Notes under the pieces: generated by a model
Database searches by the model: none
What the model was told of the DNA's origin: nothing
The model's input: the letters and a program-made list of their open reading frames with translations, nothing else
Shown here: piece by piece, positions 11,108 through 21,542 of the stretch
Layout of the letters: each line of letters begins with the position of its first letter
How positions within the stretch are numbered: the first letter of the stretch is position 1
Made by a program: the position numbers and the translations under genes
Source: Thermoanaerobaculia bacterium
GTDB taxonomy: Bacteria > Acidobacteriota > Thermoanaerobaculia > Multivoradales > Multivoraceae
DNA: 64,000 nt
Reading direction: 5' to 3'
NCBI GenBank assembly: GCA_963664405.1
Contig: OY761158.1
Coordinates: 1-64,000, forward strand

Positions 11108-12533
11108 CTACCGGCCGGCGGTTCCCGACGGCGTCTCCGCCCGGGTCCTCGGATCGCCTAGACGCTGAGCGGCATGGTATGCGTCGAGAACGTCGAGCCC
11201 CTCACGCTTCAACCCGGTGAGCACGCGTACCTGGTCGCCAAGCTCCAGCGCCTCGTCGGCAGCAGTCGTATAGGCAGGCCAGTGGGGGAGCGAGTCGCCG
11301 TTGGGATCGCCGGTGGTCGCGAAATTGATCCAGTAGCTGGACATCAGCGCAGCCAGGTCGTGATCGGTCTGCTCCCAGGAGTGCGAGCGGCCGAGTGCGA
11401 GGTTGTCGAAGGCGTAGACGATCTCCGCCGCGTGGTAGGAGCCGTACCGATCGGCCTCCGGTCCGGGCGGCACCCGAGTGAAGTAGTAGAGGTAGGCGGG
11501 CGAGGAGACAGTCTCGGTGAGACGGGCCCAGGTGCGCATCTGCCAGGCGAAGGTGTCGTCGGCTCGCAGGGTCGAGTTGACGCTGCGCGCCTCATCGTCG
11601 CTTACGGCGGGGTAGGCGGCGAGGATCTCGTCCGCGAAGTCGCCATACTGGCGAACTACCTGCTCGCGGTGCTCGGCGATGGTTGCCGGGCCGCGGGCCT
11701 CCCATAGGGCGGTTCCCTCGTCGGCGTTCGAGCCCACCATGATCGCGACGTCGTTCTGCCGGCCGGCAGCGAAGATCTCGTAGATCTGCTCCGGATACAT
11801 CCAGCCTTCAACGTTGGCGCGTGACAGCGGAAAGCGCGTACCTGCTCCCATCGCTTCGACGATCTTCTCCGCGGAAAGGCTACGAAGGTCGGCGATCGAG
11901 TGGCCCAGCCCGAGCGTCTCGACGAAGCCGGCACCGATTTCTTCGGCCTCCGCCAGAGTCGCCATCTTGGCGAAATTGCCGCCACTCTGGCCGATCGCTC
12001 TGTGGAACAGGCCCTCGGCCAAGGGTGTCGCCACCATGTAGTTGACACTCCAGGAGCCCGCCGATACACCGAAGATGGTCACGTTTCCAGGGTCTCCGCC
12101 GAAGGCCGCGATGTTGTCGCGCACCCACTCGAGTGCCGCGACTTGGTCGAGCAGACCGTAATTCCCCGAAGAGCCCACCGGCGACTCGCTTGTCAGATCG
12201 GCGTGGGCGAGGAAGCCGAAGAGACCGAGCCGGTAGTTGATGGTCACCACCACCACGCCCTTCGACGCCAGATTCGTGCCGTCATACCAAGTCCAGGCAC
12301 CGCTCCCGAAGACCAGCCCACCCCCGTGGATCCACACCATCACCGGCCGGGCCTCGTCCGCCGCCTCCGCGCCGGTCCAGATGTTCAGATAGAGACAGTC
12401 CTCACTGCGCTCGATCGACGGGTCGCCCCAGAAAGCCTCCGGATCTCGCTGTGGCTGCCAGCAGTGCTTGGAGAACTCGGTCGCCTCGAGCTCACCGTCC
12501 CATGCGGCTGCAGGCTGCGGCGGAGCCCACCAA
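11108..12533 (-). pseudogene. Type-B carboxylesterase, 5' end replaced by an inverted-repeat element
   Basis: SEDCLYLNIW, WIHGGG, GNYGLLDQ, FGVSAG nucleophile motif; N-terminus missing upstream of WAPPQP. Confidence 0.85.
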
Positions 12534-12739
12534 CAGCCTTCGGCCGTTACAGGTGCCACCCTCTTATTGACGGGAGACGGCACTTCGGTCGCATGGGGTG
12601 CTAACTCTTTTGGAATGTGTGGAAAGGCTGGGACCTTGAGCGCCCGGAAGCTATGAAGGTGCCACCCGCAGAATCGCTGGGTGGGTGCTAACCCGCGTCC
12701 CTCGAATATTCGGGTGGCACCTGCGACAGCCGAAGGCTG
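12534..12739. mobile_element. 206-bp MITE-like element with 28-bp imperfect terminal inverted repeats
   Basis: CAGCCTTCGGCCGTTACAGGTGCCACCC ... GGGTGGCACCTGCGACAGCCGAAGGCTG; non-coding interior. Confidence 0.7.
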
Positions 12740-12757
12740 CGGGGCGGGTTACGGTCT

Positions 12758-13627
12758 TCACCCGCCGAGTGGGAGAAAGAACTTCCACCCCTCCTCGAGG
12801 CGCCTCTGCATGCGGCTGCGAGCATCCCCACATCCGCAAATAACGGTGTCCTGTGCCTGGCACGCTTCGAGGACCTTCCGAAAGGCGGCATCGACTTCGG
12901 GGTAGATATCCGCGCCAGGAGGCCCCAGGCCTAGGTCGATGCTCATATCTCCGGGAACGACCATGACCGCGCTGAGTGGCGCTTCGAGGATCTCCGCAAT
13001 ATTCCTGACGGCCTCGGCCGATTCGATAATGGCCACGGCGAAGAGCTCCCCGTCAGGATTGAGCGGCCAGACATCAGCCTTGCTGTAGTACTCGCTGGCA
13101 TTCGCGACGCCCCACAAACGGACGGCTCTCCCAGGCCCCCAACCCCGTTCCCCACGCGGCTCGGGCTGGCTTGAGCCGCGCATCGGTGGGTAGCGCATCG
13201 CGCGCACCAACCGCACCGCTTCGTCCTTGGTGTCGACGTGTGGCAGCACGACGCCGAGGGCTCCCAGATCCAACACCTGCTTGACCGCCCACCTGAAGTC
13301 TTCGTCGCCGTCCTGCGGGATGCGCACCAAAGGAGCCAGGTTCATGCGGCCTCGGGCGTCCCGGTCCTCATCCATTTCGGCCAGGATGGATTCCAGCCGC
13401 TCGGCCGAAAACGGCGAATGCTCCATATCGATGAAGCGCCAGTGTTGAGTGGCGATCGCCGGCCGTCCCTCTTCCAGTGCTTCGATGACTCTGTTGATCC
13501 GGGTTCGCTCTTGCGCGCCGGCCGACACGACGACGGCGCACACTCCGAGACTCATGAAGCCCAAGACGAGGGAGAGAACCGTTGTCAGACGAGGCCGTAC
13601 TTCCGGCACGGGGTGTTCTGAGCTCAT
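12758..13627 (-). CDS. HpcH/HpaI aldolase/citrate lyase-family protein with an N-terminal hydrophobic segment
   Basis: FIDMEHSP, LVRIP, KQVLDLGALGVVLPHVDT, MRYPP..GERGWG, IIES; GGAGG RBS. Confidence 0.85.
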   Translation of the reverse strand: MSSEHPVPEVRPRLTTVLSLVLGFMSLGVCAVVVSAGAQERTRINRVIEALEEGRPAIATQHWRFIDMEHSPFSAERLESILAEMDEDRDARGRMNLAPLVRIPQDGDEDFRWAVKQVLDLGALGVVLPHVDTKDEAVRLVRAMRYPPMRGSSQPEPRGERGWGPGRAVRLWGVANASEYYSKADVWPLNPDGELFAVAIIESAEAVRNIAEILEAPLSAVMVVPGDMSIDLGLGPPGADIYPEVDAAFRKVLEACQAQDTVICGCGDARSRMQRRLEEGWKFFLPLGG

Positions 13628-13757
13628 GGGACCTCCTTGATGTTGGGCCGACGTGGGTCGCTAGGCACTGAGCAGGGCCTCAAAATCCCCCTCGGGATAT
13701 TTGGGTGGCACCTTTGGCAGGGTGGCACCTTTGGGCCTCGGAACGGGTCTGGTCGCG

Positions 13758-15276
13758 CTACTGAAGATCGGGATGTCGCCCCCACTCGCTGCGGCGGGCT
13801 TCATCGAAATCCGGATTCGCGACGGGCATCGCTGCACCGGCCTGTTCGCGCCATTCGGCAAGCAAGGTCTGCATCGCGGCCGTCTTTTCGGGCAGGTCAT
13901 CGGCGAGGTCATGGGCCTCTCCGATATCTTCGCGAAGGTTGTACAGCTCCGTGCGTCCGTCATCGAAGAACTCGATCAGCTTGAAATCGCCCTGCCGGAT
14001 GGCGCCCGCCGGCACGGAATGGTGGTAAACCGGATAGTGGAAGAAGAGAGCACGCTCGGTATCCGGCGCAGCGCCGCGCAGCACGGGCGCCATGCTGATC
14101 CCATCGAAAGTCTGCCCGTCCGGCATCGTCCCCCCGGCGAGGTCGACAAAAGTAGGAAAGAGGTCGACACTCGTCACCAGCGCGTCGGAGGTCGTACCTG
14201 GGGCGACGACGCCGGGCCAACGGACCAACAGGGGCTCGCGGATGCCGCCTTCGTAGAGGCTGCCCTTCTCGTCGCGTAGGGGCGCGTTCGTCGTCACGAC
14301 GACTCCGTCGGCCTTGTCGTAGCGCTCGGAGAGACCTCCGTTGTCTGAATAAAACACGACTACCGTGTTCTGCGAAAGCTCCAACTCGTCGAGCGCGTCC
14401 AGCACCCGGCCGACACTCTGGTCGACATGCTCGATCATGGCCGCGTAGATGGGATGGTTGATGCCTTCCGCCGGCTTCTCCTTGTTCTCGTACTTTTCGA
14501 TGAGCGCCTGCCGGGCCTCGAGCGGGATGTGAACGGCGTAGTGAGACAGGGTGAGGAAGAAGGGTTGGTCCCGATGAGCCTCCATGAACGCGAGGCCATG
14601 GTCGGTAATCACCTCGGCGAAATAATCGTCCGGTTCGACATCTTGTGGTGGGGTGAGCTTTTCTGCGAGGTCGAAGTGTCCCCGTCCCGTCTGGTAGAAC
14701 GAATCATCGTAGCCCTGCGCGGCGGGGGTCGTACCCGTTCGTGAAGATCCGAGATGCCATTTGCCGAAGTAGGCCGTCGCGTAGCCCTGCGTCTTCATCG
14801 CCTCGCCGACAGTCACGACCTCCAGGGGCAGGTACTGGGTGCGGTTCTTGGGCACGGTGAGGCGCTCGTAGGGCCGCCAGTGCCCGGGGATGAAGTCGAT
14901 GACTCCGACGCGTGCCGGGTACTGCCCGGACTGGACGCTGGCGCGGGTCGCGGAGCATATCGGTGCCGCCGCATAGGCATCGGTAAAACGCAACCCCTGT
15001 GCCGCCAAGCGGTCGATGTTGGGCGTCTCGTGGAAGGCGTTGCCGTAGACCGGCAGGCCGGCCCAGCCCAGGTCGTCCGATAAAGATGAAAACGATGTTG
15101 GGGCGCCCAGCATTGGGGCGCCCAGCATTGGGCGGCCGTGGGTCGGGAGTCTCCGTCTCGTCGGGCGTCGCCGTCTTGCAGCCAACGGCCAACGTCACCA
15201 GGATCACCCCCAGGATCGGGATCGCGCGCACTCTACGTGCGCAGACGAATGCGTACAGGCAGAGAATCGTTTTCAT
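13758..15276 (-). CDS. Arylsulfatase-family lipoprotein with a +1 frameshift near 15079
   Basis: RPNIVFIFI|DDLGW split by one extra G; CSATR, GKWHLG, SDNGG motifs; LAVGC lipobox; 15-bp repeat at 15098-15132. Confidence 0.85.
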
Positions 15277-16042
15277 AGGACAACCTCGTTTAGGAAACCG
15301 CCGAACAGCTCCACCGGCTGAGCGCGCTCTTCGCGGAAATCACGGTAGACAGCGAGGATCGCGCGCGGCGAACCGGCGAGCGGGCGAATCCATGGCCTGA
15401 CCGCGCCGGGCCGAAGTCGGCGTGGGCGCCGTGCCGCGTCGGCGATGCGTTCGGGCTCTCTGCCGCGGCCGTCGCGGCCGTCGAAGCGTACGAGGCACGC
15501 CCGGAGATCGCAGGGACGAGCTACCGCGGCCCGACGGCCGCCCCCCCGGCCTCGCTGTTGGAGGCTGCCCAGGCCGTCGTGCGTGCCTACGAGCTCCGCT
15601 GCGAACTGGCCGCGCGTCTCCAGGGCGGAGGGTTTGGGTTCCAAGCGGCCGATGGTCGCTACCACGGTCCCGGTCTCTTATGGCGCGAAGTGGACGCCGG
15701 CGTCCCGAGAGCCATCCACAATCTACGACGAACCCTTGAGGCCCCTGAGATCGCCTGAGCGCCCCTGTAACGGCCCCAGGGCGGCGTGGTTGTACATGAG
15801 TGCCGCAAGCAGGATCCATGTTCTGGATATCATCGGAGCCGTCCGCCCCTTCGAGACGCGGGCGTCACCGATCCGCCTGTGTCGTAAACGGCCGTTTGCG
15901 ACACACCGGCGAGGGCGCCTTCAGACGAGCGGCGCCGTGTGTCGTATCTCGTGTCGGATGGATTCTATGTCTTGCAGACGTCGAGCGCGTGGGCCAGTGC
16001 CGTGCGCCGAACGCGCCCTGCCTGGCGCTTCGTCGTTCCGCG

Positions 16043-16178
16043 TTATAGACCTAGTTCCGCATGTGACCCGAGGCGCACCAGACGTAGGGTGTCGGCGCCG
16101 GACTTCTGGTAGATCAGCACCAGGTCCGGCTTCACGTGGCAGTCACGGTGATCTCCCCACTCGCCGCTTAGTGCGTGA
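16043..16178 (-). pseudogene. yafQ: C-terminal half of a YafQ-family (RelE superfamily) toxin
   Basis: Manual translation HALSGEWGDHRDCHVKPDLVLIYQKSGADTLRLVRLGSHAELGL*; not in the ORF track. Confidence 0.8.
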
Positions 16179-16411
16179 GTACATCGAGCGCGAGGGGCGC
16201 ACCGTCACGGATCTTTCTGGCGCCGATGGGCAGGAGGTCTTGGGGCGTTTGGCGGTCCAGTGCCTCGTTCCGCTGCTGGGGGATGCCAAAACGCCGGTGT
16301 TCGTCGCCGCCGTACATCTCAAGGGACGGCTCGGCCAGACTGATCAAGCCGGTGACCAAGGCAATGCCGGGCCATCATCGGGCTCGGTGATAGAGCGATT
16401 AGCCAGGACCG

Positions 16412-16628
16412 TCACACTTGTCCCTGGGAACCCTGAAGCCTTTTCGTCGTCCAGCCACGGCCGAAGTAGGCACGTTCATGGCATGTAAGCACTATGATCT
16501 GCAGCGTCTCGGCCGCACGGTCCAGAATTCCCTGCATTTCTTCAAACCTTTGGTCGTCTGAGAACACCAGTGCATCATCAAGAATGATTGGTGATTTCTT
16601 ACCGTGCTCGTCCAGCAGATCTGCAAAC
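16412..16628 (-). pseudogene. C-terminal fragment of an SMC/SbcC-like ABC ATPase
   Basis: PIILDDALVFSD (Walker B/D-loop) and IIVLTCH (H-switch). Confidence 0.7.
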
Positions 16629-17289
16629 GCTGCGGTCGATCGTATCCAGGTCATCCGGGCTAGGCTCGTCGACAAGCTTGTCGAGATCGCGGTGGAGATA
16701 CCTGAGCCGAGCCTGCCAAGTGTCGAGACAGATGTCGATCTGCCGGCGGCCGGCGAGGTCCACGGTACCTGACACACTGAGGTGGAGAAGCGTATCGGTC
16801 GGGCGATCGGCAGCACCCCCGATGACGCCCTCAATACCCAGCGCCGGATCTTCCTCACCGCCGACCCCGTAGGGTGCAATAACTCGGCCGAACGCTAACT
16901 CACGTGTCGAGAGCTAGTTGCAGATCCCATTGTGCACGAGAAAGCGGCCTCGCCAAGCTGATCGAAACGGAGCAGGACGAAACCGGCCCCGACGCTCTCA
17001 CCCGCGGCCTGACCCAAGACGGGATGAGTCAGCCGCCACCTGCTGCGGTCAGCTCACCACCGAGTACTTCGAGAGCGCTCCTTCCTCGTTCTGGCAACAA
17101 GAGACGTGCGTCTGCTGAACCTGGAATCGACCATCGAAGCGCAGCACAAACTCGCCCAGGCAGCTGTAAGTTGACAGTGCCCAGGGATGGATCCTGGCGC
17201 TTCCGGCCGAACGGCGTGATACTCCAGTGAGGTCGTGGGATCTCCCACGCTGAACAAACGGCGCCCGGGACCGGGCGGAGAGGTGATCG

Positions 17290-17403
17290 ATGGGCGACAA
17301 AGGCGGCAGGAAAGACAAGGAAAAGGGCAAGAAGCAGAAGGCCAGCAAGGAGAAGGTGAAGGCCAATGCCAAGGAGGCGAAGAAGCCGAAAAAGAGACCC
17401 TGA
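17290..17403 (+). CDS. 37-aa lysine-rich small protein
   Basis: MGDKGGRKDKEKGKKQKASKEKVKANAKEAKKPKKRP* preceded by GGAGAGGTGA. Confidence 0.6.
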   Translation: MGDKGGRKDKEKGKKQKASKEKVKANAKEAKKPKKRP

Positions 17404-17420
17404 GAGGGGTAGGGTTTTCC

Positions 17421-17530
17421 ATTCGTCCGAGCTTGGTGTCCTTCGCTCGATAAACCTCTCCCATGCCTCCTACACCGAGGCTGGAGAGGATCTCGTAGTG
17501 ACGCAGGCGCGTGCCTGCTTCTAGCGCCAT
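17421..17530 (-). pseudogene. Truncated Ser/Thr kinase (first 36 codons only)
   Basis: [36 protein letters not shown], then unrelated sequence. Confidence 0.9.
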
Positions 17531-17591
17531 CGATTAGCTGCCATTGTACAGACGGCGATCTGCTAGCAGCTACTCAGAGCTCAATGTGTCG

Positions 17592-17618
17592 TGTCGCGAA
17601 GCACCCAGAATCGCGACA
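17592..17618 (+). repeat. Dyad site, CACC core (type A)
   Basis: TGTCG cgaag CACC cagaatcg CGACA. Confidence 0.85.
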
Positions 17619-17657
17619 ACAGCGTGTCCTAGGCTCTCATCGCACTTCGGCTATAGC

Positions 17658-17684
17658 TGTCGTAGTGCGCCACCAACTACGACA
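17658..17684 (+). repeat. Dyad site, CGCC core (type B)
   Basis: TGTCG tagtg CGCC accaacta CGACA; 39 bp from site A, 1 bp from the methyltransferase stop. Confidence 0.9.
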
Positions 17685-17685
17685 G

Positions 17686-18465
17686 CTACGGCTTGTCAGC
17701 GGTGAAGATGTACTCGTTCCAACTGCTGAAGTAGTCACCGCTCGCCGCCAACGCGCCGAGATCGTCTGCCCAAGCCTCGGCCTCGCTCTGCGAGACACCC
17801 TGCGAGACGACATAGCCGGCAATGGCCTTGATCAGGACCATGCTTGCGCTGGTTGGATCCTGCCCCGTATCTACCTGCACGATCACGTCGACGCGTATGT
17901 TCTCGAGTCCAGCATCGGCGAGCCTCCTACCCAGTGTCTGGGGCAGGTGGGGGTCTGCCAGATGGGCGTCCCAGATCTTCATGGTTCGCGCCATCCGATC
18001 CGAGTCGCTCGAGTGCCAGAGCGCTGTTCCCCACTCGGTGTCGTGAATCAACACGCGGCCGCCCGATTTGAGCACGCGGGACATCTCGGCGAGACCTCCG
18101 TCAACGTCGTCCAGATACTCGAAAACCTGACTCGACATGGCCACATCGAACGTGGCGTCGGCGAAGGGAAGTGCCGACGCCTCTCCGAGTCGGAAGCTGA
18201 CGTTTCCCAACTCAGAGCAGCGGTGCCGGGCTATCTGGATGGCACTCTCGGCTGCGTCGACCCCATCGATGGCCCCCGTCGCGCCGACCGCGGCAGACAT
18301 CTCAAAGGCTTGGTGGCCGGGACCAGAACCTACGTCGAGCACACGATCACCCGGCTTTAGCGCTAGCGACTCCAAAATCCTGGCGCGGCGCATCTTCGCG
18401 CCTGCCGACGAGTTGAACTCTTCGACCAGCCGCGAACCATCGTCATCGAACTCGAATTTGGCCAT
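17686..18465 (-). CDS. Class I SAM-dependent methyltransferase (UbiE-like)
   Basis: VLDVGSGPG, LPFADATFD, EMSRVLKSGG; GAAGGAGGGAGG RBS. Confidence 0.9.
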   Translation of the reverse strand: MAKFEFDDDGSRLVEEFNSSAGAKMRRARILESLALKPGDRVLDVGSGPGHQAFEMSAAVGATGAIDGVDAAESAIQIARHRCSELGNVSFRLGEASALPFADATFDVAMSSQVFEYLDDVDGGLAEMSRVLKSGGRVLIHDTEWGTALWHSSDSDRMARTMKIWDAHLADPHLPQTLGRRLADAGLENIRVDVIVQVDTGQDPTSASMVLIKAIAGYVVSQGVSQSEAEAWADDLGALAASGDYFSSWNEYIFTADKP

Positions 18466-18505
18466 CCTCCCTCCTTCGATCTCCTCTTCCTGTGCCTTTC
18501 GATGC

Positions 18506-18532
18506 TGTCGTCATTCGCCACATTTCACGACA
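18506..18532 (+). repeat. Dyad site, type B
   Basis: TGTCG tcatt CGCC acatttca CGACA; 8 bp from the kinase stop. Confidence 0.9.
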
Positions 18533-18540
18533 CGCTTCGC

Positions 18541-21228
18541 TTAGTCGTTGGGAACTAGCCGCTTCAGCTCCTCGAACCAGTTCTGCACCAGAACCACCTG
18601 ATTCCCCGGTCCCTCCTCGGTCGTCTCCACCGGCTTGATCATCAGGAAACGGTTGCCATCTGGGTGGATGTCGTACATGCGGTGGAGGCCAACGGCATAG
18701 CTCCCCGTGAAGAGCTCCAGTGGTTTCCCGGCCTCGAACGCGGGCTCGGTCTGGACCGGCGCTGCCATCAGACGATCGCCGGCACGATAGAAGATCTCGT
18801 TCCCGTCTGGCGACCATAGAGGTTCGCTGCCGCCACCCACCGAGATCGGGAAGCGACCGCCGTCGACCTCAGGGAATGGCCTCACATAGATCTCGTCCTT
18901 GCCGGATTCATCCGACTGGTAAGCCAGGAAACGACCGTCGGGTGAGATCTCTCCACTCCGCTCATTGATATCCGTGGCGAGAAGCAGCTGTGGCGCTCCC
19001 TCGCCTTCCAGCGACAGCACCCCCAGATCGAGCCTTGACACTGCGCCGACCCGATAGACGAGAAGCTTTCCATCGGGAGAGATCGACGAGGGAAATAGAC
19101 TGTCTGGGCTGTTGGTGAGAGGCCTTACAGCGCCCGTACCGTCAGCCGCCCTCCGGTAGAGGTCAAAAGTCCCGCCATGGTTCGAGCTGAACACGACTTC
19201 CCGGCTGTCAGGAGTCCAGACTGCTGTTAGGTCTCGTCCCGGAGCGCGGGTGAACCGGTCCAGGGTCTCGCGGCCGAGATCCCAGATCCACACGTCCTCC
19301 TCCCCGTCTTCATCCGGGACAGAGACCGCTACCCGCTGTCCGTCCGGAGAGATGCGCGGATACAGGTAGGACCGAATTGGGGCCGAAAGGACCTCCTCCC
19401 CTCCTTCCCGCCCCACCCAGACCAGGTTCGCCTGCGCCCCTCGCCCTGCACCACCCGTGACGTACACCAAGGACCCGTCCTGCGAGACGTCGAAGTTCAT
19501 AACAGGAGTGGCCTTGGTGGAGACGCCTTCCAGGACGGGAACCGGATTCCCCCTGACCTCCAGACTCTGCGCATCAAAGGCCACTGCAAGCAACGCACCG
19601 TTCAGTCCATAGACCAGGTGCCCGGTGGGCACGTACCGGGCACCGGCCCCTCCAGAGACCAGGACCTTCCGCTCGCCGGTGGCGAGAGAGTGGGCCACGA
19701 TCTGCGTTTGCTCGACGCTCGCGCTCTTGAATACCGTGAAAAGGACGGCCTCGCCGCCGGGTAGTACATCGGGAAAACGATAGGCAATCTCTCCTCTCTC
19801 GGGATCCGGTGCTACCAGCAGCTCCGGTTCGCCGCCTCCCCCCGACACCCGATAGAGACCCTCGGAGATGGAGCCGAGAATGATGGAGTCGTCCGCGCCC
19901 CAGCTCGCACCGGCGAGAATGCCGCGGGGTATGTCGGCCAAGGTCACCGTTGGTCCCCCGAGAATGGAGACCTTCTTGAGAGTGCCGCCGGATTCGAAGC
20001 CGACCCAAGCCCCGTCAGGTGAGAGAAAAGGAGTCGTCGCATCCTCCGTTCCTCGCAGCTCGGACCCGACGAGGCGGTCCACCCGGCGAACATAAAGAGA
20101 GCCTCCGCTCTGGTAGACAACCACCTGACCGTCGGGTGTCACCGCCAGATCGCGCCCGTGTGGGAGAACCCTCACCGGCGCGCTGGGAGCGGCACTCAGC
20201 ACCGAGCGAACCACGTGGCGCTCGGGCGGCGGTGGAGCAGGCCTCAGGGTCCAGACTGCGAACCCGGCGATCACCGCGCCGGCAGCGAGCGCGGCAAGGA
20301 TCAAGGGCACGGGGCTGCGCTTCTCCGCCATGACCGCGTTTCGGGTCTCCTCGTCCTCCGGAGATGCGATGGCATCTTCGATCTCGATGCGCACGTCGCC
20401 GATGTGCTGAAGACGTCGGCGTCGGTCTCTTTCGAGGCATCGCCGGAGGAGCCGCACGAGCGTCGGTGGGGTCGATTTCGGTAGGCGCTCCCAATCGACA
20501 TCATCGCGCAGCACGGCGGCTAGGGTGTTGGGCGCGTCCTCGGCCTCAAAGGCCCTTCGTCCCACCAGCGTCTCGAACAGGCACACACCGAACGCCCAGA
20601 CGTCCGTTCGCGCATCTACGGCCTTGCCTGTCGCCTGCTCCGGGCTCATGTAGGCCGCCGTGCCTAGGATCTCGCCGCGCTGTGTCGCTGCCAGCGTCAG
20701 AGTAGGAGACTGCGACCGATCCGGATCGTCTGAGGCGGGCTCCTCGGGAGTCATCGCCTTGGCCAGTCCGAAGTCGAGGATCTTCACTGCTCCTTCTTCC
20801 GAGGCCTTGATGTTGGCGGGTTTCAGGTCGCGATGGATGACGCCCTTCTCGTGGGCTGCCTCCAGGCCCTCCGCGATTTGCAGAAACAGCGGCAGCGCCT
20901 GATCGACAGGAATGGCACCGTGCTTGATGCGCTCGGCTAGCGTCTCACCCTCGACCACCTCCATGACCAGGAACTGAGCGTCGCCCTCGCTCTCAAAGCC
21001 ATAAAGCGTGGCAATGTTGTTGTGGTTCAGCGATGCGAGGACTCGGGCTTCACGCTCGAAGCGAGCCAGCCGCTCGGGATCGGCGGAGACCTCTTCTAGT
21101 AAGAGCTTGATGGCGACCTCCCGACCGAGCTTCGTGTCCTTGGCCCGGTAGACCTCACCCATGCCTCCTGCACCGAGGGATGAGAGGACCTCGTAGTGGC
21201 CTAGACGAGTACCTGCTTCTAACGCCAT
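18541..21228 (-). CDS. Hanks-type Ser/Thr kinase, TM helix, TolB/PD40-like beta-propeller
   Basis: [30 protein letters not shown]; repeated SPDG motifs; C-terminal NWFEELKRLVP. Confidence 0.95.
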   Translation of the reverse strand: MALEAGTRLGHYEVLSSLGAGGMGEVYRAKDTKLGREVAIKLLLEEVSADPERLARFEREARVLASLNHNNIATLYGFESEGDAQFLVMEVVEGETLAERIKHGAIPVDQALPLFLQIAEGLEAAHEKGVIHRDLKPANIKASEEGAVKILDFGLAKAMTPEEPASDDPDRSQSPTLTLAATQRGEILGTAAYMSPEQATGKAVDARTDVWAFGVCLFETLVGRRAFEAEDAPNTLAAVLRDDVDWERLPKSTPPTLVRLLRRCLERDRRRRLQHIGDVRIEIEDAIASPEDEETRNAVMAEKRSPVPLILAALAAGAVIAGFAVWTLRPAPPPPERHVVRSVLSAAPSAPVRVLPHGRDLAVTPDGQVVVYQSGGSLYVRRVDRLVGSELRGTEDATTPFLSPDGAWVGFESGGTLKKVSILGGPTVTLADIPRGILAGASWGADDSIILGSISEGLYRVSGGGGEPELLVAPDPERGEIAYRFPDVLPGGEAVLFTVFKSASVEQTQIVAHSLATGERKVLVSGGAGARYVPTGHLVYGLNGALLAVAFDAQSLEVRGNPVPVLEGVSTKATPVMNFDVSQDGSLVYVTGGAGRGAQANLVWVGREGGEEVLSAPIRSYLYPRISPDGQRVAVSVPDEDGEEDVWIWDLGRETLDRFTRAPGRDLTAVWTPDSREVVFSSNHGGTFDLYRRAADGTGAVRPLTNSPDSLFPSSISPDGKLLVYRVGAVSRLDLGVLSLEGEGAPQLLLATDINERSGEISPDGRFLAYQSDESGKDEIYVRPFPEVDGGRFPISVGGGSEPLWSPDGNEIFYRAGDRLMAAPVQTEPAFEAGKPLELFTGSYAVGLHRMYDIHPDGNRFLMIKPVETTEEGPGNQVVLVQNWFEELKRLVPND

Positions 21229-21276
21229 TCGATGAGCGCGATTCTATCCCTCGTGCTCAACCGGTCGATTCCGGCG

Positions 21277-21303
21277 TGTCGCAGTCCACCCGGAACTGCG
21301 ACA
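21277..21303 (+). repeat. Dyad site, type A
   Basis: TGTCG cagtc CACC cggaactg CGACA. Confidence 0.9.
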
Positions 21304-21342
21304 AAAGCGCTCAGCGAGGGCTTATTCAGATCGAGCTATAGC

Positions 21343-21369
21343 TGTCGCGGTCCGCCAGGAAAGACGACA
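21343..21369 (+). repeat. Dyad site, type B
   Basis: TGTCG cggtc CGCC aggaaaga CGACA; 39 bp from site A. Confidence 0.9.
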
Positions 21370-21373
21370 GCCC

Positions 21374-21430
21374 TCAGTCAGTAGGCACGAGGCGCTCGAG
21401 CTCCTCGAACCAGTTCTGGACCAGGACGAT
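21374..21430 (-). pseudogene. Orphan C-terminal tail of a lost kinase paralog
   Basis: Translates IVLVQNWFEELERLVPTD*, matching the ends of the neighbouring kinases. Confidence 0.85.
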
Positions 21431-21542
21431 TCCCCCTTGCAGATCGGCCTGAGCGAGGTGCGCCGGCACCCACCCGAGTTGGAAACCAGGCAGCCGCTCC
21501 CTGGCGAGTGGCTCCGGGCAGGCGATCGGAGGGGCTTCCCGA

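Noticed and set aside
15340-16488. Long ORFs such as 15445-16488 (+)
   Set aside because: They run across unrelated fragments and palindromes, with Arg/Pro-rich shadow-ORF composition.
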